DNA of 64,000 nt from Obrimoposthia wandeli (GCA_977020255.1 CDROCS010003925.1:1-64000); one strand, 5' to 3'. Positions 1 to 9,969 are shown, counted from the stretch's first letter. A program made the numbers and translations. Notes: a model not told the origin generated them from the sequence alone.

Positions 1-110
1 TTTACCTTCACAACTACAAAATGTAAACGACCCGTGTCATGCCCTAACATATTTACCACCCGTCCCTTCGGGACGGGCTTCATTCTTGATCTATAGGCAC
101 GAAAAAACAT
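1..110 (+). repeat. Left terminal inverted repeat (partial; continues left of the window)
   Basis: Reverse complement of 1-110 aligns with 12947-13053 at roughly 90% by eye. Contains the hairpin CCCGTCCC-TTC-GGGACGGG (59-77). Confidence 0.92.
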
Positions 111-222
111 TACAAAAAATAAATTATTTGAATAAGAGGCTCTCATTGGACAATAAAAGAGGGTTAGTAAGATGTTTGTGTATATAAAGACACCTCCGTT
201 CATTATTTTTCATAAAATCAGC

Positions 223-1050
223 ATGCCATTCTACAACAACGTTGACCTAGACGAAGAGACGGAGGTTCGCTTCTATGGGGATCTCTCCGGTGAAGAAGGA
301 ACGCCACCACTGTCGCAATACATTGACTTAGATAGTCAAGAGTCATCGGTGGTGAGCGAAGGAGAAGCAGCAGCAAGAGCGAACCTGTTACAAGAAGAAG
401 CCTCATTGGCCAGCTCAACTCCAAGAGAAGAACCAATGGACGTGAGAGGTGGGGTACAGAGATCCCAATATATCGATCTGACTAGTCAGGATTCGATAGA
501 GAATTGGGAAGACTGTACTCCCAGGCAAAACATAGAAGCTGTTCGTCCAACAACGTCGGCAGTAGCAGCAAGGAGATCCTGGCCATGGAAATTGATCCCG
601 CTGTCTCAGCCGGAGAAAGTCCTCGCACCAGACTCAGACGAGGAGCTGTTCACCGATGATGTACCTTCGGATTGGGAGGAGGACTTGACTCCATTCATCG
701 ACGAATGGATACAGCCAAGTTTCGGAGCCCGGTAGAGCCAACGATTCGATGGTAGCAGAATTGGACGAGGATGCGGGCGCCTTCCGTTCACCGACGATTG
801 GGATGGTGTCACTCCCTCTACAACTCCAACTCCGATAGCCGACAATACGGTGCCAGATTCATTCAAAAGACCGCAATCTCCGATACGTCCTGTTAGGAGA
901 ATAAAGGCGACGAATGAGGTTAGACATCATTTATTTAAAATGTTTTTTAATTTCATTTTTTAGAAACTTCAACTGGATTTGGCACCGTCAGTAATCACGA
1001 TTGAGAGGCTGATTGAACTGCAGTACTTGACGAGTCAATGTAGCCAGGAT
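223..1050 (+). pseudogene. 5' part of the Polinton left-arm gene: acidic disordered protein with repeated SIM-like motifs, disrupted
   Basis: ORF 172-735 (better ATG at 223, after TATA at 181) with NVDLDEE, SQYIDLDSQE and SQYIDLTSQD. After TAG 733-735 the frame continues (DDWDGVTPS...RRIKATNE) to a GT..AG intron at 919-963, and homology to 2038-2280 ends at ~1050. Confidence 0.6.
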
Positions 1051-1097
1051 GATTGATCTTTCACCCAAATTTTCAAATACCGTAATTGATTGACTAC

Positions 1098-1337
1098 TAT
1101 AGATGTGTTGGTCAACTATAGTTGACCACAATTATACATTCAAACCTTCAAGTCATAACTGAACCCAACCCTTTCATCAATGGTCGAGCCTAACCTTTAG
1201 ATGTGTTCGTCAACTATAGATGGTCACAACCATACCTTCAAGTCATAACTGAATCCAACCATTTCATCTATGGTCGACCACAACACCTAGGGTATATTGG
1301 CCGACCATTTACGGTCACGATTATACCTTCATAACCT
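1098..1337 (+). repeat. Degenerate tandem repeat, ~90-98 bp unit x ~2.5, containing a 20 bp palindrome
   Basis: Units start at ~1100, 1198 and 1288 (tagatgtgtt.gtcaactatag...accttcaagtcataactgaa.ccaacc.tttcatc.atggtcga). Perfect palindrome TGGTCAACTATAGTTGACCA at 1109-1128. Confidence 0.8.
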
Positions 1338-1459
1338 TTCTCAGCCAGACTCTTATGGTGAGACATCCTTATGGCGTGACACTCTTGTGGTGTGGCACAC
1401 TTAAACATTGTGTGCGCACACAGGGAGGTCAAGTGATCTAGATTCCATCCTTATACCTA

Positions 1460-1553
1460 CTCCTTGATGCTACTGCCGAGGTTGTTGGACGAGCAGCTTC
1501 TGTATTCCGTCGGGAGTACAGTCTTCCCAAATCTCAATCGAATCCTGACTAGT
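1460..1553 (-). repeat. Inverted, diverged copy of 481-575
   Basis: Reverse complement actagtcaggattcgattgagatttgggaagactgtactccc...cggcagtagcatcaaggag matches 481-575 at ~85-90% by eye. Confidence 0.85.
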
Positions 1554-1687
1554 AATTTTTAAGGGTGTTGGTGGGTGGGGTAAATAGAAAAAACATATAA
1601 AGTTACTCTATATAATTCATAAAGTCATATATAGGGATTTATTGGCAGTAGTATGGCACGGTCGGACAAATTGGTGAATTTCAGAAG

Positions 1688-2007
1688 TTAAATGGTAAGA
1701 CCAGGAATCGTATGAACCTGCTTGAATTCGCTATTGACGGAATTCAAGTATCCCATGCGCTTAAGTTTCCAATTCCGTTTCCCCACCTTGACCACCGTAC
1801 CATCCACCGCCAGTAACTGTACTTGTGCAGTTGAAAGGTGTATAATCGTCTCAGGACAAGTATATATTTTTTCACTCCATACACATTCCCGAAATTTGCC
1901 TCCACATACATACAAGGTTTTAAAGGACAGTAGTAGCCTCCCCCACTGGTGGGAGGGGGGATTAGAACGGACATATCCACCTTTAAATGTATATTGAATT
2001 ATACGAC
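1688..2007 (-). CDS. Unidentified terminal exon or ORF (~105 aa) inside the left-arm insertion
   Basis: An acceptor-like cttaacttttcag precedes an open frame TYSRIIQYTFKGGYVRSNPPSHQWGRLLLSFKTLYVCGGKFRECVW...PGLTI*. No family recognised. Confidence 0.35.
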
Positions 2008-2037
2008 TGTATGTCTGAAAAGTTAAGAATAGTTAAA

Positions 2038-3210
2038 AACGATTGGGATGGTCTCACTCCCTCTGCTACTCCGAAAGCAGATAATACAATGCCTGAATCA
2101 TTCAAAAGGCCGAAATCTCCTGTTAGGAGAATAAAACCGACGAATGAGGTTAGACATCATTTATTTTAAATGTTTTTTAATTTCATTTTCAGAAACTTCA
2201 ACTGGATTTGGCACCGTCAGTGACCATGGTGGAGAGGCTAATTGAACCGCAGTACTTAGCGAGTCAATGCAGCCAGGAGCTGCCAAGGAGTCAGCTCCGA
2301 TACCTAGCATCTCCAGATAATTTTAAGGTAAATTATTTAGATATTAAAGTTAATAATTCATATAGATGGAGAACATTCACAAAGAGGCGACGTCTATTCA
2401 ACCGGTGGATAAGAAGCAAGCGGCAGTTAAGAAACCGCAACGCCATCGGGTCAAAACCCTCACTCGGAAGAAGGCCAAGTTGGTGAAACAGGCTAACATG
2501 CCCATCATTGAGGTAAATTCATTATATGTTTAAATTTTATTAATATTTTGCAGGAACCCGTCCAGATATTTGAGGAGACTTGGGGAGAAGTTACTCCTTT
2601 CTCGCGGAAACGGACGAAGAGGGCAGAGGTGAAGAAGACGAGGCGCTCGAGAAAATATAAAACCTCAATTGGTCATTATTCTGAGACGGTAATTGGCCAG
2701 CAAGAGATTCTCCCATCTCCAGTGGACGACGGTCCAATCCTATATGAGAGGATCCCAGTCTCACCGATCAAGATAAGTCCGCCCTCAAGTCAACGACGCC
2801 TGCATGAGACTGCTTCTCCTCATCCAACAACCAGCTAGAACTTAAAGAGGGCCTGGGATGAAGCAGGATTGGACGAATTCCTGGCGGAACTGGATTTACC
2901 GGCAATGCTTCCAGATTCGCGTGGGCAACAGGATGCCGTCTCACGCCAGCTTCAGCGTGAGAAGGAGGAGAAACAGAAGAAAGCTCCGCGGAAGAGGACT
3001 TCTACGTCGGAACCATCAACATCGACTGCACCTCCTTCCAAAAAGTTGCGGCAACTATTGCCAAAATCTGAGGGAAGGACAATTGCTACAAAGCAACCGG
3101 TGAAGCCGAAAAAGAAACCGGGCCGGCCAAAGAAGAAGGAACCAGTACCGCTTTCTCCTATAATACTTAGTCGGAGGGATTTCGATCCGGATGATCCCAA
3201 TGATGACTTT
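2038..3210 (+). pseudogene. 3' part of the left-arm gene: spliced basic/Pro-rich disordered protein with NLS-like clusters
   Basis: Phase-0 GT..AG introns at 2149-2192, 2328-2365 and 2513-2553 join ORFs 1987, 2208 and 2548 into one frame. A single in-frame TAG (2836-2838) separates this from ORF 2869, which is in the same frame. 2038-2280 duplicates 793-1050 at ~80%. Confidence 0.7.
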
Positions 3211-3438
3211 GTAAAAATGTTTAAAAATATAATTTATAAAAATTAATTTCATATGTTTTCTTCTTAATATTTATTTTTTTAATTTAGAAATACTATCTTT
3301 AAGTTTATTAGCAATGATAAGTTATAGATTTATTAAACACTCATTTGATAAATAAAAATATATCATTTAATTGGATTAAGAAATATCTTTAATTTATATA
3401 TATAGGTTCAAATTTATTAACCTCTTCATAATTAAAAA

Positions 3439-3801
3439 ATGGAATTCATTAAAATGAAGAGTCTGGTGACGAAGATTGAAGCAAACATCAGAATAAATGA
3501 GAAGAAAGGGGACTTAAGAAAGAGGGTTCTCAATCAAAATTTGTATACTGCTATCGCGACAGAGTGGAATCATCGGGTGGAGATACAGGATAGGAGGCTA
3601 GCAGAACGCCGTCGAATCGTGGAGTGGAATAAGAAGATCGAATTGGAAAAAAGGAAGGTGGATGAAAAAAGAAGAGAAGAGATGGAGGATGTTCGGCGAG
3701 CAGCAAGAAAAATAATCCTCCAGATTAAACCGGAAGAGGGTCCTTCTACAAAAAAAAATACTTTTGATTATTATTTTGTCTTTATTGATTATGTTACATA
3801 G
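3439..3801 (+). CDS. Charged, coiled-coil-like hypothetical protein of the element (120 aa)
   Basis: Intact ORF rich in K/E/R, preceded by ATTGG (3370) and TATATATATAG (3395). No family recognised. Confidence 0.55.
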   Translation: MEFIKMKSLVTKIEANIRINEKKGDLRKRVLNQNLYTAIATEWNHRVEIQDRRLAERRRIVEWNKKIELEKRKVDEKRREEMEDVRRAARKIILQIKPEEGPSTKKNTFDYYFVFIDYVT

Positions 3802-3901
3802 GAGAATTGACAAAATATACCAATCTTATCATGAAAGTACTTTGTTATTTTAATAAATTTTTTCGTTATAAACAACGCGATTGCTGCAAATTTAGATAAT
3901 T

Positions 3902-4390
3902 ATGCAGGAATATATCATAGATTTTGAGGTTTTCATTAACAAAAATGGTGATTATATTATAAAAGAATTATGTATTATGGATGTATGCAACGTTTTTCAT
4001 CCTTTGCATTTCATATTTAAAATATATATACCGTTTAAAAGTTTAGATTATAAGAAAAAATTTACTAATTTATATCTAACTAATTATTTTCATTTATTAA
4101 AATGGAAAGAAGGACATAAGGCTTTTTGTGAAATATGTATTTTCGATACAATAAAATCTAATTTTGATATTGAAAATGGAATTTTTTATGTTTTAGATGA
4201 AATGGATGGCAAAAAATATAAGACTTTAAAAAAATATTTTTCTAAATTGAGATTGAATACTTTAAATATTTCACGTGATCATCTATTAAAAATTCCAGAA
4301 AATATTTGCTGTCCATATCGCATTCATAGTGACCATTGCGCATATAAAATATGTTTAAGTCTTTCTTATTATTACTTGACATGTAGATAA
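3902..4390 (+). CDS. DEDD/RNase T-fold exonuclease-like small protein (162 aa)
   Basis: N-terminal IIDFEVF...YIIKELCI (ExoI-like DxE), central YFHLLKWKEG and C-terminal CCPYRIHSDHCAYK, a pattern I associate with small exonuclease-like ORFs of invertebrate Polinton-type elements. ORF is intact. Confidence 0.6.
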   Translation: MQEYIIDFEVFINKNGDYIIKELCIMDVCNVFHPLHFIFKIYIPFKSLDYKKKFTNLYLTNYFHLLKWKEGHKAFCEICIFDTIKSNFDIENGIFYVLDEMDGKKYKTLKKYFSKLRLNTLNISRDHLLKIPENICCPYRIHSDHCAYKICLSLSYYYLTCR

Positions 4391-4605
4391 ACAAATTTTC
4401 TAATTGGAGAAATTCATTATTAAAATTTTACAATTATTTACAAATAAGCCATTTGATTGGAGGAATAAAAAATAAATTTTTCGACCATTTAACAGATAAA
4501 CAATTCTTCTCAATTTTTTAATCCAATAGGAAAAGAGCATGTGTGCATAAATTTTAGTATATAAGCAAACACTTTCTTCATTTAAATCCCCGACAATTTG
4601 AAATT

Positions 4606-7093
4606 ATGACTATGGTAAGAATCTATACTTATTATTTCCTTATTAATATTTATTATTTCAGATTACGTGTAACCTATTCCCTGCGTATTGTGGTGCTTCG
4701 GCTCCGCATGGAGGAGAGTCCTGCATGGAGACAATGTCTGCATACTACCGGACAAAGTCTCGCGGGCTTCACTTCTTCGTCTGCCCCTTCTGCAGAACAA
4801 TGGAGGAGAAGGAGTTTCGAGACTTATTCTGTGAACATCGAGCTCACCTATCGTGTTTCACGGCCAACAACAAGAAGAGGGATATCGTGCAATTGGTGCG
4901 CGATTCGCAGGCCGCTCCACCTCCAATTCCAGTTGCAGTCGATCAACCCTTTTACGGTCCTGCAATTGGTCTCCCGGCTCCTGATTCTGCCCCATCCACT
5001 CAAATGTCTAACAATGAGTGGATGAATGACATATCCCAGTCAGATTTCGAGATAGAGCAGTGGAGCAATAACTCATGGTTGGAGACCATCGAGGAATCCG
5101 ATTTCGTCGAGATATCGGACGACAGCTGGATGGATTCCATCAATGAAGAGGACTTCATTCCAGCTCAACTTGGATTGCCTTCATTAGGTTTTTTTTTTTT
5201 TTTTTGTAAAAATTATATATTTTATTTTTATTTTTTATTCAGGAAATACCGTTCTACAATCGTCATCTGCTACAACAGATATGCCTCCACCATCGCGAGT
5301 GCCTACATCGATGTTAGCAAGCCTTAGAGGTAATAATTTTACAAAATATATTTATTTTTTAATATATTTATACAGCACTAACCTCTACAACAGCCGCTTC
5401 TTCGTCGGCAAGATCAGCGGTCCCTTCAACATCAGCTACAGTTGCCTCAACATCGGCAGCATCAACAATAGCAGCAGCTTTCACATCAGCTGCAATTGCC
5501 TTAACTATTAATATAAATAGTTGTCTTCCCGTTCAATTAGGGGGAGGTTTGTCAGCGACAAACGAAAGAAAGAGGCGAGGCCAATTTCTTAATAAGGTCC
5601 CACCCAAAAAACGTAGAGAAAACGGTGTTACTATAGAGTATCACCTAAATAATAAATATGTTATAGTTAAGGTGCCATTAGAAAATGAAATTTTAATAAA
5701 CGTAGGTGTAGATTCAAATATTGAAAATCTTTTAAAATCAGAAGTGACTAAATTAGGACAGGCTAAGGTTCAATTTTGCGCAACAGTGCAGTTTAAAAAT
5801 GTCAATGAGGAAACTAAAACTTGGGTAATTTCACATAAAGCAACTGTTTTTATGATAATTTTGTAACTGAAATTGGAAGAAACCTGGATGAAAAAATTGC
5901 TAATTATAGCGAGTTAAGTAGTGGATGGACTCTAGTTAGAATTCACGATGTTAGCTTTGTTCTAACAAAGTTCACTGACATGATATATCTTTCGGGGAGT
6001 TCATACATTCCTTCACCTAGATCTCTTCAACTTTCACGTTCCATTGTTAACGTACAAAACAGTGATAACCTTTGCTTTCTGTATAGCGTGTTGGCCATCC
6101 TCAAAAGGGATGTAATTACTGAGCATAGAGAGCGTGTCAGTAAATATACCCCTTTTTTAAATGAATTGCAGTATCATGGAATAATTTTTCCTGTTAAATT
6201 AACTGCGATATCAAGATTTGAACATCTTAATAACTTGAGTATTAATGTATTCAAATATAATACTGATATCCCAGTTAATGTAGAAATATTTAAAAATCCT
6301 TTTGTAGATGTAATTTATAGGAGCAAAAATGAGGAGACTCAGGTCAACTTAATTTTGCTCGAACAGAATAATAAATTCCATTATGCTGCAATTCCCAGTT
6401 TAGATCGTCTTCTAAATTTAGATAATGGAGCCTTACCGGTTAGGATAAGGTGTAAGTGGTGTCATAGATGTTTGCATGGATTCCGATCCGAGCTCTCTTA
6501 CAGCAAACATCTGACATTATGTTCACTGAATCCTGATGACAATACGCTATATAGCATGCCTAAGGATAAGGATTTAAAATTCAGGGATTGGGCAAAATGC
6601 ATACCCGTGGAATTCAGGGTGTATGCAGATTTTGAGTCAATTTTAGCATTGCACGACCAGTATGAGAGTATTCACCTACCGGCTTCGACAGGACTACTAT
6701 TCTTAGGCCCCAATATTACTCAGTATCATAAATTTTCCGGTCCAAATTGTATTTTAGATTTTATGTTAAAATTAGAGGAATTAGGAACAACAATTGTCAA
6801 ACCGTGGTATGATCTCAATGCTCATCAAGCAATGATCATGACAGGCATAGACTGGGTTAATTTTAATTCTTGTAGATTATGTTATTTGTGTGGAACCCAG
6901 TCTAAGTTAGTCAGAGATCACGATCATGTTACGGGGCGATACTTGGGAGCGGCGTGCAACCTCTTTAACATTGGCCGTCGTCTCCCTAAAAAACCACGTA
7001 TAACTGAATTTGAAAGTGTAAGTCTTCAAGACTATAAATTGTCTTATGTCTTTTATTATTTTACCCTTATATTTTTAGAGATTTAAAAAATAA
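4606..7093 (+). pseudogene. Spliced pPolB-derived gene: RING-H2-like + acidic Trp repeats + S/T/A linker + pPolB N-terminal region + ExoI + EndoVII Zn module; no polymerase core
   Basis: Exons 4606-4614, 4662-5187, 5243-5329, 5376-7017 and 7079-7093 are phase-consistent, with one frameshift near 5850. Motifs SSGWTL..I, SGSSYIP, IVNVQNSDNLCFLYSVLA, HYAAI..L.RLL, WCHRCLHGF..HLTLC, VYADFES, CYLCG..VRDHDHVTGRYLGAACN are typical of Polinton pPolB N-terminal halves. Confidence 0.85.
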
Positions 7094-7123
7094 TTCAAAA
7101 TAAAACATTTAAAATTTTTATTT

Positions 7124-7492
7124 TTATAACACACTAATTGTTTTGCAACGATAACCAACGATAATTTTTAGCTTCTTTTTACTTTTAAATCCACTACCTC
7201 CTTGGCTTTTATTTGATTTGCGTTTTCTAATCAAATTAGCAACTTCAGGTAAAACATTATCAAGTTCATCAAGTGCATGCTTCTTAAAAGTTGGTATTAG
7301 TTTGTTGTCCTTTGATGAAAGGTAATCCTTTCCTAATTTTGATATAAATCGCCCGAGGCTCTTTAAAAGAGGAAAGGCAAATCTACCTAATGTTCTAAGC
7401 CAGCCAGATCCGTATTGTTTACCAACAAAATATGGTAATTCTCCACCTTGTTGGCTTTGACTATAAGCTTCAATTATTGCTGGATTCGCAAT
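7124..7492 (-). CDS. Conserved Polinton small virion-type protein (PZ/PW class, amphipathic, QxGG motifs), ~122 aa; not in the ORF track
   Basis: Hand translation: (I)ANPAIIEAYSQSQQGGELPYFVGKQYGSGWLRTLGRFAFPLLKSLGRFISKLGKDYL...SQGGSGFKSKKKLK...VL*. Starts at ATT overlapping the penton 3' end, probably a mutated ATG. AATAAA follows the stop directly. Confidence 0.75.
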   Translation of the reverse strand: MANPAIIEAYSQSQQGGELPYFVGKQYGSGWLRTLGRFAFPLLKSLGRFISKLGKDYLSSKDNKLIPTFKKHALDELDNVLPEVANLIRKRKSNKSQGGSGFKSKKKLKIIVGYRCKTISVL

Positions 7493-8527
7493 TTTGTTTT
7501 CTTAAATGTATTGTTAAACTTGTCTTGGCCCCGTACGTGAAATCTATTAGTTGTCCGGAATCATCTCTAATATTTACTTCAATATTGTTTATAGAAAAGA
7601 GAGAAACTGGAAGATACATTGGTTGATCTATACACATACCGACAGTGTCCCCATCTCTAGTTTCATTTTTAGATATCCATATTGTTCTCAAAAGTGGAAC
7701 TCGCTGTCCTCCTACAAGCGTTGGTTCTATTAAATTAGTATAAATATATAAATGATTAACAGCATTTAAAAGTTTTGCCTTATTTTTAGCTTTTATGGTT
7801 TTTATTGTATGGGTTTCAAAGGTATTTCTGTTTAAACCAAGGTTTTTAGCGAGTTTATCATCAAATGAAACTCGTTTTATATTGCTCTTTACTGTAAACG
7901 TTAATTTACCATTTAATGTTTCACATTTATCCAAATATTCACTACATTCCTTCTGTATTAATTTACAGAAATTCACTTCACTATCTATTTTATAATCTTT
8001 TGAAAATGTTTTCAGTTCCACTACAGTCTTTGGTCTCGTCTCAAGTAACAACACTTTTGCTACTCTACCAGGAACATTTCTAACCGAATTAGATGAGATA
8101 ATATCCCGTTTATTACGAGCTACTGTTTGTTCACTATCAAAACTGAATTGAAGAGCTTCTTTTTTAGATTCAAAATTAATTTTAATAACTTGAAGAAATT
8201 TTAATCAATTTTTAAATCTGACTTTGTTATTTTCAAATATTACTTTCACTTCTTTATCACTACAATTGTAATAGAATTGTCCTTTACTATCAAACCCGAT
8301 CACAACTTCAGTTGTTTTTTCATGATCAACTTCTTTGTAAATGAAATATGTGAGTTTTTTTTGATAGTAATTGGAGAATAATAAAAAGAAAATTCTGTTA
8401 AAGCCGCTTCCCATTCTCCTTGGAGATTTATAGAATTTTCCCAATCGATAATAAAGCTACTAGCGTCATTATCTGGTTGAGTCTTCGGACATCCGTTACT
8501 TGGTAAAACCATATACATAGAATTCAT
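7470..8527 (-). pseudogene. Minor capsid protein (penton, PX-like), frameshifted
   Basis: N-terminus MYMVLPSN..PDNDASSFIIDWENSINLQGEWEAALTEFSF and C-terminus HLYIYTNLIEPTLVGGQRVPLLRTI..PMYLPV..INNIEVNIRD.SG..IDF..TSLTIHLRK are characteristic. Split over ORFs 8300-8527, 8205-8444 and 7470-8054. Confidence 0.85.
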
Positions 8528-9552
8528 ATTATTTTAGATGCTGATATCCAAGTTGGGTCTGAATAACCATGCCATTTAACAAAGTATTGTTTATGTTTAC
8601 CTGTACCCTTAGATTTTAATATTTTTTGAATACGGAAAACGCTAGGTTTATTTGATATTACTTGTAGTTCTTGCTCGTAAAATTTATCGTGAACGATATT
8701 ATTGTCAGCATCTTTAATAGTATACATTATTGGATTACTCTTTTGATCAATTTTACTTATACAAAATATTTCATCACTCCAATTCTGATCAAAGTTTTTA
8801 ATAAATGGAGTAGAGCTAATTTTCGAAATTCGAACATATTCGTTTTTCTTATATTTAGCTTTTTTAATATTTTCTTTTTTATTCCTGTTCATCCAAATAT
8901 CTATAGAATTTTTATTAGTAACATCAACAGGTCTCATTCCCTTGAGACCTCTATGTTCCAAGTGATTATATGCATGTATTATTTTAGGTATAACTTGGAT
9001 CCATTTTTTATTTCCTTCTTTTGTGAAATACTTTTTTATTCGATCTCTTAAAGTACGATTAAATCTTTTTACTACTGCTGCTTTATACTGTGAAAACACA
9101 GAGTAGTGATTTATATTATTTTGTTTAAATAATGATTGAACTTGCTTATTATAAAATTCTTTTCCTAAATCAGTTTGCACATTTTGTGGAATGTCCTCTT
9201 TTAATATTTCTTTAATGGCTTCAAGCATAGCTATTAAAAACTTTGCTTTAACTGGAATTGCACGAGCAAACCTGCTAAATACATCAATACATGCTAAAAT
9301 ATATCGATATCCCTTATTAATGGAAGAATATGGGATCATCTCCATCAAATCCATTTGCCATAAATTATTAGGACCGCTGGTTTTGTAATCTCTAGTTGGA
9401 AACCTTCTTCTCATCGGCTTGTTCAGACTGTACGCTAACTGGTCGCTCAGCCATTTCTGAGTTTTCTTGTAATTTTGTTTTGTTCTTTTTGCTAATTTTG
9501 AAACTCCTGTGTAGCCAATTGGATCTTTTGGATTGAACCATATCTTCTCCAT
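8524..9552 (-). CDS. Polinton retroviral-type integrase with C-terminal chromodomain; third catalytic residue appears E->K
   Basis: MEKIWFNPKDPIGY start; LWQMDL (D1), ILACIDVFSRFA, VQTDLGKEF (D2), AAVVKRFNRTL (K where ERFNRTL is expected); chromodomain QYFVKWHGYSDPTWI. Stop overlaps the penton ATG (ATGA). Confidence 0.92.
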   Translation of the reverse strand: MEKIWFNPKDPIGYTGVSKLAKRTKQNYKKTQKWLSDQLAYSLNKPMRRRFPTRDYKTSGPNNLWQMDLMEMIPYSSINKGYRYILACIDVFSRFARAIPVKAKFLIAMLEAIKEILKEDIPQNVQTDLGKEFYNKQVQSLFKQNNINHYSVFSQYKAAVVKRFNRTLRDRIKKYFTKEGNKKWIQVIPKIIHAYNHLEHRGLKGMRPVDVTNKNSIDIWMNRNKKENIKKAKYKKNEYVRISKISSTPFIKNFDQNWSDEIFCISKIDQKSNPIMYTIKDADNNIVHDKFYEQELQVISNKPSVFRIQKILKSKGTGKHKQYFVKWHGYSDPTWISASKII

Positions 9553-9638
9553 TACAACAATTTGAATAGAAAGAAAATTTAAGTTTAGGTAAAGAAGGGC
9601 TAGCACCCATATCTTTAGCTGATTTTAGAAATAATTGT

Positions 9639-9969
9639 TTATGAACGTGTCGCAGCTATAATACTACTGATAATTGAAGCAACAACTGGAATAACAGCCC
9701 CTATGAAACCGCCATTATGTTTAAGAATAATATTTCGTTTCCTTTTTTTACTTTTTACATTAGCAATATCTAGAAGAGTTTTTCTATATTTCTTTAATAT
9801 ATTTTTCCGATTTCCAACTTTTACTCGACCCAAAACTATATTATACAAAACTTCCAATAAATCATCTACAACAAAGGATGGAAATGCTTTAAGAATAATC
9901 ATTCTCTTATTAGAAGAGGCTTTGACTAAAGCTTTAAAATAGGGTATGCTTTTTTTATATTTTCTTCAT
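9639..9969 (-). pseudogene. Conserved Polinton small basic protein ending GGF + hydrophobic helix (PW/PZ class)
   Basis: ..KALVKASSNKRMIILKAFPSFVVDDLLEVLYNIVLGRVKV..KRKRNIILKHNGGFIGAVIPVVASIISSII. The likely ATG at 9969 is out of frame across an A-run. Confidence 0.75.

Noticed and set aside
172-222. ORF-track start at 172
   Set aside because: It lies upstream of the TATA box at 181, so ATG 223 is the more plausible start.
218-866. Antisense ORFs 218-436 and 606-866, and similar shadow ORFs over host exons (e.g. 23167-23478, 36281-36654, 43766-43987, 48094-48445)
   Set aside because: Explained by GC-rich coding sequence on the opposite strand.
9392-9610. ORF overlapping the integrase 5' end
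   Set aside because: Alternative frame of a well-supported gene, with no motif.
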